In this document: positions 18,077 to 28,066 of the stretch, in pieces
Numbering within the stretch: position 1 is the stretch's first letter
Layout: each line of letters begins with the position of its first letter
IMG/VR virus record: IMGVR_UViG_3300022752_000022
Coordinates: 32,001 to 96,000 of that record
Direction: 5' to 3' (one strand)
Source of the DNA: a virus
Length of the DNA stretch: 64,000 nucleotides
Notes under the pieces: generated by a model
What the model saw: the letters and a program-made list of their open reading frames with translations, nothing else
Database searches by the model: none
What the model was told of the DNA's origin: nothing
Program-made: the position numbers and the translations under genes

Positions 18077-18289
18077 ATGACAAAGCATGAATATGACGAA
18101 TATCTTGAACATCTCCGTGGCGAACATCGCCAACTAGACAAAGCAATTTCCGTTCTTGAAATGGATCCTCAAAAATACTATGAAGCAATCAGTGAACTCA
18201 AAAAGAAAAAACTCAGACTTAAAGATGAAATTTATTTGAAAGAAAGGAATTATCATGACACTACGAATCCTCAGACTCTTAACGGGTGA
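18077..18289 (+). CDS. DUF465/YdcH-like coiled-coil protein
   Basis: EHRQLDKAI...LKKKKLRLKDEI. Confidence 0.8.
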   Translation: MTKHEYDEYLEHLRGEHRQLDKAISVLEMDPQKYYEAISELKKKKLRLKDEIYLKERNYHDTTNPQTLNG

Positions 18290-18551
18290 AGAAGTAGTTG
18301 GCGATATAACAAACGAAGATGCAAATCATTATACAATAGAAAATCCATGTAGTCTAGGCCTTGCTATGACACAATCTGGTAAGCCTGCGTTGAACATGCA
18401 ACCTATGCTGATATTTTCTGAGCAGAAGGTGGTTAAAATTAACCGGCAGCATGTCATGTTTGATGTGAGTGTTGCAATTGAGATTCAAAACAAGTATAAT
18501 GAGATATACGGTTCTGGAATTGTTGTTGCTAAAGGCAAACTTATTACATGA
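18255..18551 (+). CDS. Hypothetical Sm-like protein
   Basis: LRLLTGEEVVG...YNEIYGSGIVV. Confidence 0.6.
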   Translation: MTLRILRLLTGEEVVGDITNEDANHYTIENPCSLGLAMTQSGKPALNMQPMLIFSEQKVVKINRQHVMFDVSVAIEIQNKYNEIYGSGIVVAKGKLIT

Positions 18552-21037
18552 CAAAATTTTATACCAATTTTGCAAGATGCGGTAATCAGATTCTTGTCCG
18601 TGGTTATGAAGATAAAGTTAGATTCAAAGATAAAATTGAATACAGCCCAACGCTTTATATACCATCACGAACAAGGACTGATTATCGGACCATTGAAGGA
18701 TACTTTGTTTCTCCTGTAGAACAAGGTACAATGCGTGACGCCTCTGAATTTATTAAGAAGTATGAAGAAGTAAAGAACTTCAAAGTTTACGGCACAACTA
18801 ATTACCATTATGCTTATATCAACGAAGCATATCCTGGTGAAATTGATTATGATCCATCATTAATTAAAATTGCAAACATTGACATTGAAGTCGGATCAGA
18901 AAACGGATTCCCTGAGCCAGCTGATGCTGTTGAACCAATCACGGCCATCACATTCAAATGCGATGGTAAGATTCAAGTGTTCGGCTTAGGCGATTTCAAC
19001 AATGATCGTGACGATGTATGGTATCAAAAATGTAAAGATGAAGCATCATTGATTCTTCGGTTTCTTGAAGAATGGGAGTCAACAGCACCAGATATCATTA
19101 CTGGTTGGAATATTCAATTTTTTGATATACCATACTTGTACAATAGAATCTTTAGATTGTTTGGTGAAACAACTGCTAAACGCCTTTCTCCATGGAGACT
19201 CATCGGCGAAAGAACTACAACAATCAATGGTAAAACACAAACAGTCTTTGAATTGACTGGTATCGCTACACTTGATTACTTAGAGATGTATCGAAAGTTT
19301 ACATATTCGCAACAAGAATCATATCGGTTAGATCACATCGCAAACGTTGAACTCGGTGAAAAGAAACTTGACTACTCCGAATATGAAAGTCTTCATCAGT
19401 TATATAAATTAAATCATCAAAAATTTATTGAGTATAACATCAAAGACGTTGAACTTGTTGATCGGCTTGAAGATAAGATGAAGTTGATTGACATGGTTCT
19501 TGCGCTCGCATATGACGCAAAAGTCAATATCACCGATGTGTTCACGCAGGTGCGAATGTGGGATACGTTAATTCATAATCACTTGATGGACAAAAAGATT
19601 GTTGTACCTCAAAAAGTCAATACCAATAAAGATGCTCAGTATGCAGGTGCTTATGTAAAAGAGCCGAAGATTGGTATGTATGATTGGGTTGTATCGTTTG
19701 ATCTGAACAGTCTATATCCACATTTGATCATGCAATACAATATTTCACCTGACACAATTATAGACGGTGAACACTACTCAGTCACGATTGATAATTTATT
19801 AGATCATAATAAGTCTTATCATGGTGAACATTGTATGGCGGCAAACGGACATTTGTTCAGGCGAGATAAACAAGGCTTTCTGCCTGAGATGATGCAAATG
19901 ATGTATGATGATCGGTCTAAGTATAAGCGATTGATGATTGAATGGCAAAAGAAGAAAGAGATTGCTAAGAATGCTGATGAAAAATTTGAATGCGAAAAAC
20001 AAATTTCAAAATATAAGAATCTTCAATTGGCCAAAAAAGTGCAATTGAACTCCGCTTACGGCGCACTTGGCAATAAATATTTTAGGTTCTTTGATATTCG
20101 GCAAGCAGAAGGTATCACGCTCTCTGGTCAGTTATCTATTCGTTGGATTGAAAACAAACTCAATGAGTTTATGAACAAACTGATGAAGACTGATAACCAA
20201 GATTATGTAATAGCATCTGATACAGATTCCATTTATCTAAACTTAGGTCCCCTTGTATTCAAAGTTTGGTCAGATAAGTCATCGTCAGAAATCGTGGAGC
20301 TTATCAATAAAGCATGTGAAACAAAATTTGAACCATTCATTGATAAATCATACCAAGAACTTGCAAACTACATGAATGCATTTGACCAGAAAATGCAAAT
20401 GAAGCGTGAAGTCATTGCAGACAAAGGTATCTGGACTGGTAAGAAGCATTACATTCTAAACGTCTATGATTCTGAAGGTGTTCGCTTTGTTGAACCAAAG
20501 ATGAAGATCATGGGTATTGAAGCAGTCAAATCTTCAACGCCTGCTGTATGCCGTGATAAAATTAAAGACGCTTTAAAGATTGTAATGAAAGGTGATGAAT
20601 CTGAATTGCAAGACTACATTGCAAATTTTAGAACAGAGTTTCATTCACTATCATTTGAAGATGTTGCATTTCCTAGAGGCGTTTCTGGTCTAACTAAATA
20701 TCGTGACGCAAAGGATCTTTATGCAAAAGGCACACCGATTCATGTTCGTGGCGCACTTGTCTATAATCATTTGTTAGAAAAGCACAAACTGACAAAGAAG
20801 TATCAGACAATCAAAGAAGGTGAAAAGATTAAATTCTGCTACATGAAGACGCCGAACTCATTCCAAGAAAATGTGATATCTATTGCAACAGTTTTGCCTA
20901 AAGAATTTGGCATTGAACAGTACATTGATTACGATACACAATTTGAAAAGACATTTGTTGAGCCGTTGCGTAACATCATTTCAACTATCAACTGGACTAC
21001 AGAATCAGTTGCATCTCTGGAGAGTTTTTTCGCATGA
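18548..21037 (+). CDS. gp43: Family B DNA polymerase gp43
   Basis: DIEV exonuclease I, SFDLNSLYP, KVQLNSAYG, SDTDS; C-terminal clamp-binding SLESFF. Confidence 0.98.
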   Translation: MTKFYTNFARCGNQILVRGYEDKVRFKDKIEYSPTLYIPSRTRTDYRTIEGYFVSPVEQGTMRDASEFIKKYEEVKNFKVYGTTNYHYAYINEAYPGEIDYDPSLIKIANIDIEVGSENGFPEPADAVEPITAITFKCDGKIQVFGLGDFNNDRDDVWYQKCKDEASLILRFLEEWESTAPDIITGWNIQFFDIPYLYNRIFRLFGETTAKRLSPWRLIGERTTTINGKTQTVFELTGIATLDYLEMYRKFTYSQQESYRLDHIANVELGEKKLDYSEYESLHQLYKLNHQKFIEYNIKDVELVDRLEDKMKLIDMVLALAYDAKVNITDVFTQVRMWDTLIHNHLMDKKIVVPQKVNTNKDAQYAGAYVKEPKIGMYDWVVSFDLNSLYPHLIMQYNISPDTIIDGEHYSVTIDNLLDHNKSYHGEHCMAANGHLFRRDKQGFLPEMMQMMYDDRSKYKRLMIEWQKKKEIAKNADEKFECEKQISKYKNLQLAKKVQLNSAYGALGNKYFRFFDIRQAEGITLSGQLSIRWIENKLNEFMNKLMKTDNQDYVIASDTDSIYLNLGPLVFKVWSDKSSSEIVELINKACETKFEPFIDKSYQELANYMNAFDQKMQMKREVIADKGIWTGKKHYILNVYDSEGVRFVEPKMKIMGIEAVKSSTPAVCRDKIKDALKIVMKGDESELQDYIANFRTEFHSLSFEDVAFPRGVSGLTKYRDAKDLYAKGTPIHVRGALVYNHLLEKHKLTKKYQTIKEGEKIKFCYMKTPNSFQENVISIATVLPKEFGIEQYIDYDTQFEKTFVEPLRNIISTINWTTESVASLESFFA

Positions 21038-21432
21038 CTACGATACCGCAAGAATATTTAGGACTGAGAACATCAGAAGATTTTGGTTTCAGTGCAATAG
21101 ATGAAACTGAAGTCAAACAAACTGTCAATGAAAATACATTGGAGACAACCGTCATTCGTGAAGTTGTTTCTACTTCAAACGAAGCAGTTACAAGAATTGA
21201 AGCGAAAATGGACCAAATTCTATCATTATACAATGATGGTAAATTGGGGCTTGATGCAGAGCGAAAGCAAATGCAAGAAGATGTCAGAGGTAAATTGACT
21301 GAACTTGAAAAATTGATTATGCCTTTGTTAGTGAATCTCATGAAAAATCCTGATAAAGAATATATCTATTGGCCAAACAGAAAAGAAAAGATTCAAGAAC
21401 AAATTGATAAAGTGTTATCACTGACGAGATAA
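21034..21432 (+). CDS. Conserved hypothetical protein
   Basis: DFGFSA, LMKNPDKEYIYWPNR. Confidence 0.7.
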   Translation: MTTIPQEYLGLRTSEDFGFSAIDETEVKQTVNENTLETTVIREVVSTSNEAVTRIEAKMDQILSLYNDGKLGLDAERKQMQEDVRGKLTELEKLIMPLLVNLMKNPDKEYIYWPNRKEKIQEQIDKVLSLTR

Positions 21433-22172
21433 TGTTCACACTTCTTCTATTCTTCACCGCTATAGGTATATCAGCGGTTGCAGCGTATTTTTCTATTGTA
21501 GGTTTGATATCAATCTTTACAGCAAGCCCTATAGCAATCGCAATCATGGGAGGTTCACTTGAACTTGGTAAACTTGTCACAGCATCTTTTCTCTATCGGT
21601 ATTGGTATAGTATTCACATTACTTTGCGGATTTACTTCACTACTACTGTTATCATTCTTAGTATCATTACTAGTCTTGGCATTTTTGGTTATTTGTCTCA
21701 GTCTCATTCTGGTTCAGGTGTGGATTATGTTACCAATTCTACAAGAATCGACAACCTTAACGAGAGACTTTCTATTGAAAAAAATAGACTGGAGATTCTA
21801 CTTAAGCAATCTGCTGGATATGCTCAACCCAATCAAAAATTGGAGCGACAAATTTCAGATACGCAGAACAAAATCGAGATTTTAACCAAAGAGATTCTAC
21901 CGCTTAAAGTAGAGAAGAACAAAGGCAATGCTGAAATTGGTGCGATCAGATATGTCGCTGAGTTGATTTATGGTAAGAATGATTTTGATACGATAGAAAA
22001 AGCTGTACAATGGATCATTATTGTGTTAATATGTGTCTTTGATCCACTTGCTATTCTATTATTGATCGCAGCAAATCATACACTTAAAATACGAAATTCT
22101 GGTGTAACAACCATTGAGCCGATTGCAATGGATGAAGAGAAACTGAAAAACGTTACGAAATTTGGAGATTAA
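21432..22172 (+). CDS. Membrane protein with central coiled coil
   Basis: Three N-terminal hydrophobic segments, GIFGYLS, C-terminal VFDPLAILLL. Confidence 0.75.
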   Translation: MFTLLLFFTAIGISAVAAYFSIVGLISIFTASPIAIAIMGGSLELGKLVTASFLYRYWYSIHITLRIYFTTTVIILSIITSLGIFGYLSQSHSGSGVDYVTNSTRIDNLNERLSIEKNRLEILLKQSAGYAQPNQKLERQISDTQNKIEILTKEILPLKVEKNKGNAEIGAIRYVAELIYGKNDFDTIEKAVQWIIIVLICVFDPLAILLLIAANHTLKIRNSGVTTIEPIAMDEEKLKNVTKFGD

Positions 22173-22175
22173 TAT

Positions 22176-23072
22176 ATGAGCAATTTTTTCACATCTTTGG
22201 TGGAACAGTTGAAAGATGAAGATACGAAAATTCTTGCGGATGGTGGTGCGTCTGCTGAGTACACTGGTTGTATTGACACTGGATCTTATGCTCTTAATGC
22301 TCTACTTAGCGGTAGTATTTATGGCGGTGTTCCTAATAATAAAGTAACAGCATTTGCAGGCGAATCTGCTACTGGTAAAACTTTTTTTGTCTTGGGTGTT
22401 GTCAAACGATTTTTAGATGATCATCCTGAAGGTGGTGTGATTTACTTTGATACTGAAGCAGCAGTCACCAAGAACATGATGGAATCAAGAGGTATTGATA
22501 CAAAACGTGTAGTCATCTCTGAGCCTGATACAATTCAAAAGTTTAGACATACAGCGTTACAAATTATAGAAAAGTATTCTGCACAGTCTAAAGATAAACG
22601 AAAGCCTATGATGATGGTGCTTGATTCTCAAGGCCAATTATCTTCAACGAAAGAAATGGAAGATAGTTCAGATGGTAAAGAAACACGAGACATGACAAAA
22701 TCTCAGTTGATCAAAGCAACGTTTCGTGTTCTTAATTTGAAACTTGCAAAGATCAATGTGCCACTCATTGTAACGAATCATGTGTATGATGTTGTTGGAT
22801 GTGCATTGGCAGGAACTAAAATTCAAACTATAGACAAATTAAAAAATATTGAAGATATTTTGGTTGGCGATTATGTAAGAACCATGGTTGGAAATAAAAA
22901 AGTAACTCAAACTTTTAAGTATGAGTGTGACCATTATTATGAAATCGAAATGGAAAATAATTACAAATATTATTTGACTGAAGAACACAAATTAATGATT
23001 CAAGATGGAACATGGAAAAAAGTAAAAGATTTAACAGTAGAAGATGTTGTCATTAATGTCGGAACTATTTAA
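22176..23072 (+). CDS. uvsX: UvsX (RecA-like) N-terminal half fused to split-intein N fragment
   Basis: GESATGKT Walker A; extein ends NHVYDVVG; intein starts CALAGTKI (22800) and has LTEEHK block B. Confidence 0.95.
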   Translation: MSNFFTSLVEQLKDEDTKILADGGASAEYTGCIDTGSYALNALLSGSIYGGVPNNKVTAFAGESATGKTFFVLGVVKRFLDDHPEGGVIYFDTEAAVTKNMMESRGIDTKRVVISEPDTIQKFRHTALQIIEKYSAQSKDKRKPMMMVLDSQGQLSSTKEMEDSSDGKETRDMTKSQLIKATFRVLNLKLAKINVPLIVTNHVYDVVGCALAGTKIQTIDKLKNIEDILVGDYVRTMVGNKKVTQTFKYECDHYYEIEMENNYKYYLTEEHKLMIQDGTWKKVKDLTVEDVVINVGTI

Positions 23073-23681
23073 TATTTTTCTGAGATGAAAATAGGAGTAT
23101 GGTGATTTGTTTGAAGCCTCTCTAATAGAATCATATATGATACCATCAACAGATATTTTCTTAGATTTTGGACTATTTTTTCTTTTAGCAATTTTAGAAG
23201 ATTCTGTTGACATGGCGTTTTTCCATTTATCTGATTTTTTTCTCGCATCAGATAATTTTTGAGACATATTATTTTTTATATAATTTTCTCTCATTAATTC
23301 TCTTAAATTTTCATCAATATGTCTATTTTGAAATTTTTCATTTTTCCAAGCAAGTTTTAATGACTCGGATATTTTTTGCTTATGACTATCAGTAATAATT
23401 TGTTTTTTTCTGGATTCTCGTATCTTATTAATCCATTTTTCTTTTCTGCTTGAATTTAAGAGAAATTTATTAAATCCATTATTAGCTAATAATATGCGTT
23501 CTTCTTCAGTCATTTTTCTACCAGAAAGACATTCCCAAGCAATTTTGTCTTCGATTTTTCTATACTTTTCCCAAAGAATTCTATGCGCTTCTGCGTGTTC
23601 TTCTATAGTTAATTCTACTAAATTCTCTGAATCATCTGATCCACCCATATGTTTTGGGATAATGTGATGAATATGTTTCAT
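23031..23681 (-). CDS. Free-standing HNH homing endonuclease (Mob-like, with NUMOD-type DNA-binding repeats)
   Basis: HIHHIIPKHMGGSDDSENLVELTIEEHAEAH; HKQKISES and VDGIIYDSIREAS motifs. Confidence 0.9.
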   Translation of the reverse strand: MKHIHHIIPKHMGGSDDSENLVELTIEEHAEAHRILWEKYRKIEDKIAWECLSGRKMTEEERILLANNGFNKFLLNSSRKEKWINKIRESRKKQIITDSHKQKISESLKLAWKNEKFQNRHIDENLRELMRENYIKNNMSQKLSDARKKSDKWKNAMSTESSKIAKRKNSPKSKKISVDGIIYDSIREASNKSPYSYFHLRKILNSSDINDNIFYC

Positions 23682-23715
23682 AGATGTGTTCGTTTTACTA
23701 TATTGTAGACATGAT

Positions 23716-23723
23716 TATTTATA
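23716..23723 (-). promoter_or_regulatory. T4-type late promoter for the antisense HNH gene
   Basis: TATTTATA on + strand (TATAAATA on -), about 35 nt upstream of the ATG at 23681. Confidence 0.75.
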
Positions 23724-23740
23724 AAAAAGGAGTTTTTAAA

Positions 23741-24298
23741 ATGACTAGTGGTTTAAAAATTAAAAACATTAAAAAAATTGAGTGTGAAAATACTTCAGTT
23801 TTTGATTTTGAAGTTGAAGATGCACATCATTATATTCTAGAGGATGGCACAGTATCTCACAATTCTTATGTGCCAACGAAAGAAATGAGTGGTGGTTCAG
23901 GTTTGAAGTATACAGCATCCACAATTATATATCTTTCAAAGAAGAAAGAAAAAGACGGCACTGAAGTGATTGGTAACATTGTAAAAGCAAGATTGTATAA
24001 GAGCCGATTGACTAAGGAAAATAAAGATGTGGAAGTCAAAATCACCTATGACAAAGGGTTGGATCGACACTATGGTCTCCTCGACATCGCAGAAAAATAT
24101 AACATACTCAAAAAAGTATCAACACGATACGAATTACCAGACGGATCAAAAGTATTCGGTAAAGCAATCAACGACAATCCAGAAAAGTATTGGACCAAAG
24201 AACTCCTGGATATGATTGATGAAGTATGCAAGAAAGAATTCATGTACGGTCAACTTAATGAAATACCAGCTGAGGAGTTAGATAATGAAACTGAATGA
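23741..24298 (+). CDS. uvsX: Split-intein C fragment fused to UvsX C-terminal half
   Basis: [20 protein letters not shown]...[22 protein letters not shown]|[16 protein letters not shown]...KSRLTKE. Confidence 0.95.
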   Translation: MTSGLKIKNIKKIECENTSVFDFEVEDAHHYILEDGTVSHNSYVPTKEMSGGSGLKYTASTIIYLSKKKEKDGTEVIGNIVKARLYKSRLTKENKDVEVKITYDKGLDRHYGLLDIAEKYNILKKVSTRYELPDGSKVFGKAINDNPEKYWTKELLDMIDEVCKKEFMYGQLNEIPAEELDNETE

Positions 24299-24593
24299 AG
24301 ATTTTAAAATAACCGACTACGATCACACCGTAGCGAATACCGCAGTTTTAGAATTAATCGGTGGTGTTCATGATGGTGTTAAATTCTATTTCGGTACAAT
24401 GAGCGTTGAAGAAGCTAATGATGAGGGCATTCTTCATTTTGAATATAGCACAGTCGGCGACTATGAAAAGACTTTGACAGAGCAAGACAAAGCTGAGTTT
24501 GACAAAATGATGGGCGATGTAGTATTATCTATTCTTATGGATAACCTTGAAAAAAGAGAACACGAGAATGCGAATCGAAAACAAGATTCTTAA
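24285..24593 (+). CDS. Hypothetical protein (gp40-like position)
   Basis: Lies between uvsX and gp41 as T4 gp40 does; acidic, ends MGDVVLSIL. Confidence 0.5.
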   Translation: MKLNEDFKITDYDHTVANTAVLELIGGVHDGVKFYFGTMSVEEANDEGILHFEYSTVGDYEKTLTEQDKAEFDKMMGDVVLSILMDNLEKREHENANRKQDS

Positions 24594-25956
24594 ACACTTA
24601 CTACTAGACGAAGACTTTACACGCAAAACATTACCATTTCTGAAGAGTGAATATTTTCATGACGGTGCAGACAAAACACTCTTCACACAAATCAACGACT
24701 ATATCATTAAGTATAACACACTGCCTACATACGAAGCATTGGTTATAGAGATTGACAAAAAGAACTTAACCGAATCCTTATACAAAGAAACGATAGGAAG
24801 ACTTGATGAGATTGTTCAGAATAAAGAAACATCTGATACCAAATGGCTCATTGACACAGCAGAGTCCTTCTGTAAAGACAAAGCTGTCTACAATGCTATC
24901 ATGCAAAGTATCCAGATTCTTGACGCAAGTAGTAAAGGCACACTGGACAAAGGGAGCATTCCTACTCTTCTTGCTGACGCTCTATCAGTTGCTTTCGATA
25001 ATCATATCGGTCATGATTTCCTCGATGATGCCGATCCACGGTACGAGTTTTATCATAAAATAGAACAGCGAATTCCTTTTGATCTTGATTATCTGAATCG
25101 CATCACGAAGGGTGGTCTACCAGAAAAAACGCTGAATATTATTTTAGCTGGCACTGGTGTCGGAAAATCCTTGTTTATGTGTCATTGTGCAGCATCTAAT
25201 TTAACTCTAGGCAAGAATGTCCTGTATATTACACTTGAAATGGCCGAAGAACGAATTGCAGAGCGAATTGATGCTAATTTATTGAACATTGATTTAGATA
25301 AGTTGATCGCATTACCGAAAGAATCTTATTTGAAAAAGATAGAACGATTAAGATCCAACACTACAGGTAAACTAATTATCAAAGAGTATCCTACTGCAAG
25401 TGCGAATGTTTCTCATTTCAAACATTTACTCAATGAGTTGAAACTGAAAAAGCAGTTTATACCAGATATCATTTACATCGACTACCTGAATATTTGTTCA
25501 TCTTCACGCATCAAACAAGGATCCAATGTCAATTCTTATACTTATGTCAAAGCGATTGCTGAAGAACTTCGTGGATTAGCAGTTGAAACAAAGGTGCCGG
25601 TGATCTCGGCCACGCAAACCACGAGAGGTGGCTACGATAATTCTGATGTCAGTCTAACAGACACTTCGGAGTCATTTGGATTGCCGGCCACGGCGGATTT
25701 GATGTTTGCTTTGATTTCGACTGAGGAGTTGGCTGATTTGAATCAGATCATGGTCAAACAGTTGAAAAATCGCTACAGTGATCCGACGACAAACAAAAGA
25801 TTTGTCATAGGGGTTGACAGGGCGAAGATGAAGCTGTATGATGTAGAACAAGTGGCTCAGAACGGTTTGATGGACAACGGGCAAGTAGATAAACCAGCAT
25901 TTGACAGCACACCGACGGGCAAGAAGACTTCTAAATTTGATGGTTTTAAGATGTAA
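24568..25956 (+). CDS. gp41: Replicative helicase gp41
   Basis: [43 protein letters not shown]. Confidence 0.97.
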   Translation: MRIENKILKHLLLDEDFTRKTLPFLKSEYFHDGADKTLFTQINDYIIKYNTLPTYEALVIEIDKKNLTESLYKETIGRLDEIVQNKETSDTKWLIDTAESFCKDKAVYNAIMQSIQILDASSKGTLDKGSIPTLLADALSVAFDNHIGHDFLDDADPRYEFYHKIEQRIPFDLDYLNRITKGGLPEKTLNIILAGTGVGKSLFMCHCAASNLTLGKNVLYITLEMAEERIAERIDANLLNIDLDKLIALPKESYLKKIERLRSNTTGKLIIKEYPTASANVSHFKHLLNELKLKKQFIPDIIYIDYLNICSSSRIKQGSNVNSYTYVKAIAEELRGLAVETKVPVISATQTTRGGYDNSDVSLTDTSESFGLPATADLMFALISTEELADLNQIMVKQLKNRYSDPTTNKRFVIGVDRAKMKLYDVEQVAQNGLMDNGQVDKPAFDSTPTGKKTSKFDGFKM

Positions 25957-26133
25957 CTTTGATCATGACATTCAATCCATTACATAAAGTCGGTTACAGT
26001 GCGTGTACCGGTGCAGAAATGTTCCTTGTAAAAGATACATACTATGTTGTTTTTGAACAACAAGTCGTAGCATTTTCCAAATTTAAAGAAGACTGTTTTA
26101 TGAAAATGCTTGATAAAGACTTGATTGGAGAAG

Positions 26134-26185
26134 TGTTGCGTAAAAACAACGTGATGTTGACAAAGAACGTTTATTCAAGTATCAT
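26134..26185 (+). promoter_or_regulatory. Sigma70-type promoter with palindromic box
   Basis: TGTTGCGTAAAAACAACG, then TTGACA-17-TATCAT. Confidence 0.75.
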
Positions 26186-26215
26186 GTAAGTATGATTAAA
26201 AGTGGAGAAATTGAC

Positions 26216-26359
26216 ATGGCTGAGAAAGAACTTTTGATTGAGTTTTATCGTGATTTTATTGCATCAATCATTGACACAGGTGATTTAGAATTATTCCTAA
26301 AGACGATGAATGAAGAAGTTGAAATGCTGATGCCTCCAAATGGTGAAACGATTCACTAA
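26216..26359 (+). CDS. Small hypothetical protein
   Basis: 47 aa after GGAG SD, directly downstream of the promoter. Confidence 0.5.
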   Translation: MAEKELLIEFYRDFIASIIDTGDLELFLKTMNEEVEMLMPPNGETIH

Positions 26360-26485
26360 TATGATAGAATACATACTGAAATATGATATTGCTATGAGGC
26401 TCTGGAATGCTTACTCTAGCATCAATATGACATTGACTGAAATGTTTTTACCACCAACCGTATTATTAATCGTACTATATTTTAT

Positions 26486-26836
26486 ATGATTATACACTCA
26501 CCGACCAAATTCAGGGGCAAGAAGAAGTGGTCCTCCGCTGACGCAAAGCGAAAGGATGCTGAACTTCAAGCGGAGTGGCAAGAATTCTTAAGCAAAAATC
26601 AGCCCACCATGAAGACTGTAAAAAAGTCTACATACACGCCTCCAAAGACTTATGTCCGTGATTTACCAGTCTATCCAAGTCACTCCACCACGCTACCAGC
26701 CACTTGCACAAAGCCGGTTGAGGGTAAAGTGTACACTGGCACTAAAATGATCGGCATAGGGACTCTCCACAAGTCCAATGCAGTGCCTATCTTCAGCGAA
26801 GAGGAAGCTAAGGATCAAGCGACGATGCGCCGATGA
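26486..26836 (+). CDS. Conserved phage hypothetical protein
   Basis: VYTGTKMIGIGTLHKSNAVPIF...MRR. Confidence 0.75.
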   Translation: MIIHSPTKFRGKKKWSSADAKRKDAELQAEWQEFLSKNQPTMKTVKKSTYTPPKTYVRDLPVYPSHSTTLPATCTKPVEGKVYTGTKMIGIGTLHKSNAVPIFSEEEAKDQATMRR

Positions 26837-26838
26837 AT

Positions 26839-26846
26839 TATAAATA
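26839..26846 (+). promoter_or_regulatory. T4-type late promoter
   Basis: TATAAATA 25 nt upstream of 26872. Confidence 0.8.
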
Positions 26847-26871
26847 GTCCATTCAATCACTGGATGGACTA

Positions 26872-27369
26872 ATGAAATTTTTAGAATACATAGCCGAAGC
26901 AACATCAGGCAAAAATCTACATATGGAGCACATTGAGGATAATATTCTCAATGGCGGCGTCTACGGCGCTAGGGAAGCAATCAACTTCCTACGCAAAGTC
27001 CGTGACATGCTTGCGGGCAATTCCGAATCCAAAGTCAATATCACAGTCAAATGGGATGGATGTATCCACGAAGATACAATCGTTCTCACAAATCTTGGTG
27101 ATATGACAATCAAAGAAATAGTAGAGCGATGTCAATGGGACGATAGTCTTATGGTCATGGGCAAGGAATTGGATCTACCATCAAAACCTAATCGCATGGT
27201 TCCTATTTTGGGCGGAATGTTTCAGAATGGAAATAAAAAATGGGTTGAAATTCAACTAGAAGATGGAACAAAATATAAAATGACTGAAGATCATGAGGTG
27301 CATACAGCTAATCGTGGATGGGTAAAAGCATGTGAATTGACTAAAGATGACGATATTACCGAATTATAA
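26872..27369 (+). CDS. RNA-ligase-like (DUF6267-type) protein N-part fused to split-intein N fragment
   Basis: KNLHMEHIED...TVKWDG|CIHEDTIV (Cys at 27061)...MTEDHEV...GWVKACELTKDD. Confidence 0.9.
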   Translation: MKFLEYIAEATSGKNLHMEHIEDNILNGGVYGAREAINFLRKVRDMLAGNSESKVNITVKWDGCIHEDTIVLTNLGDMTIKEIVERCQWDDSLMVMGKELDLPSKPNRMVPILGGMFQNGNKKWVEIQLEDGTKYKMTEDHEVHTANRGWVKACELTKDDDITEL

Positions 27370-27403
27370 AGTGTGATGGTAATCATCTCAAAATGTCTTC
27401 TTT

Positions 27404-27411
27404 TATAAATA
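27404..27411 (+). promoter_or_regulatory. T4-type late promoter
   Basis: TATAAATA upstream of the HNH gene at 27431. Confidence 0.75.
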
Positions 27412-27430
27412 AAATAAAAAGGAGAATGCG

Positions 27431-28066
27431 ATGACTGACGAAATGAAAGAAAAGTATATTCAAAAATATAAAGAAACATATTCGGTTTCTGAAATTTTAA
27501 GAACATTCAATGATGGAATTGGAAGAAAAAAAATCATAAATCTTTTAAAGGAAGAAGGTATATACGAGGGATTAAATGGACCAAATTATCTGAAAAAGAA
27601 AGTTGAAAATAATGAAAAAATAATGATGAAAAAATATGGTGTTATTAATTGGGGACAAACAAAGGATGGCGGTTACAAAAGCCAAAATAAAATACCATAT
27701 AAAAAAATATCTTATTTAAATGAAGAATATAAAGAATACAAAAATCAAGTTGAAAAAGAAACAAAACTTAATATAAAAAATATTGATTTACCTGAATATT
27801 GTTTTTACACAGGAATACAATTTGCAGATGTTGAGGGTCCCGTTAATCCGAATGATCCAAGAAAGAGAAGTGTTGATCATAAAATTCCAGTAATTATTTG
27901 TTATTTAAATGGCTTTTCTACAAATCAAGCTAGTGATTTAACTAACTTGATTTTCGTTTTGAAATATGTCAATTCAATTAAATCAAACACTGATCACGAG
28001 TCATTTTTGAAAATAACACATAAGATTAGGGAGGTATTTGTAAATGAGGGTTATAAGAGTAAATAA
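27431..28066 (+). CDS. Free-standing HNH-type homing endonuclease
   Basis: CFYTG...SVDHKIP...TNL...VNSIKSN; KKYGV motif; very AT-rich; lies between the intein halves. Confidence 0.75.
   Translation: MTDEMKEKYIQKYKETYSVSEILRTFNDGIGRKKIINLLKEEGIYEGLNGPNYLKKKVENNEKIMMKKYGVINWGQTKDGGYKSQNKIPYKKISYLNEEYKEYKNQVEKETKLNIKNIDLPEYCFYTGIQFADVEGPVNPNDPRKRSVDHKIPVIICYLNGFSTNQASDLTNLIFVLKYVNSIKSNTDHESFLKITHKIREVFVNEGYKSK

Noticed and set aside
22800-23863. Group I intron or frameshift as the explanation for the broken uvsX and ligase-like genes
   Set aside because: Both breaks have in-frame intein termini (Cys1; His-Asn then Ser+1) and the C-halves have their own start codons; no intron core is visible
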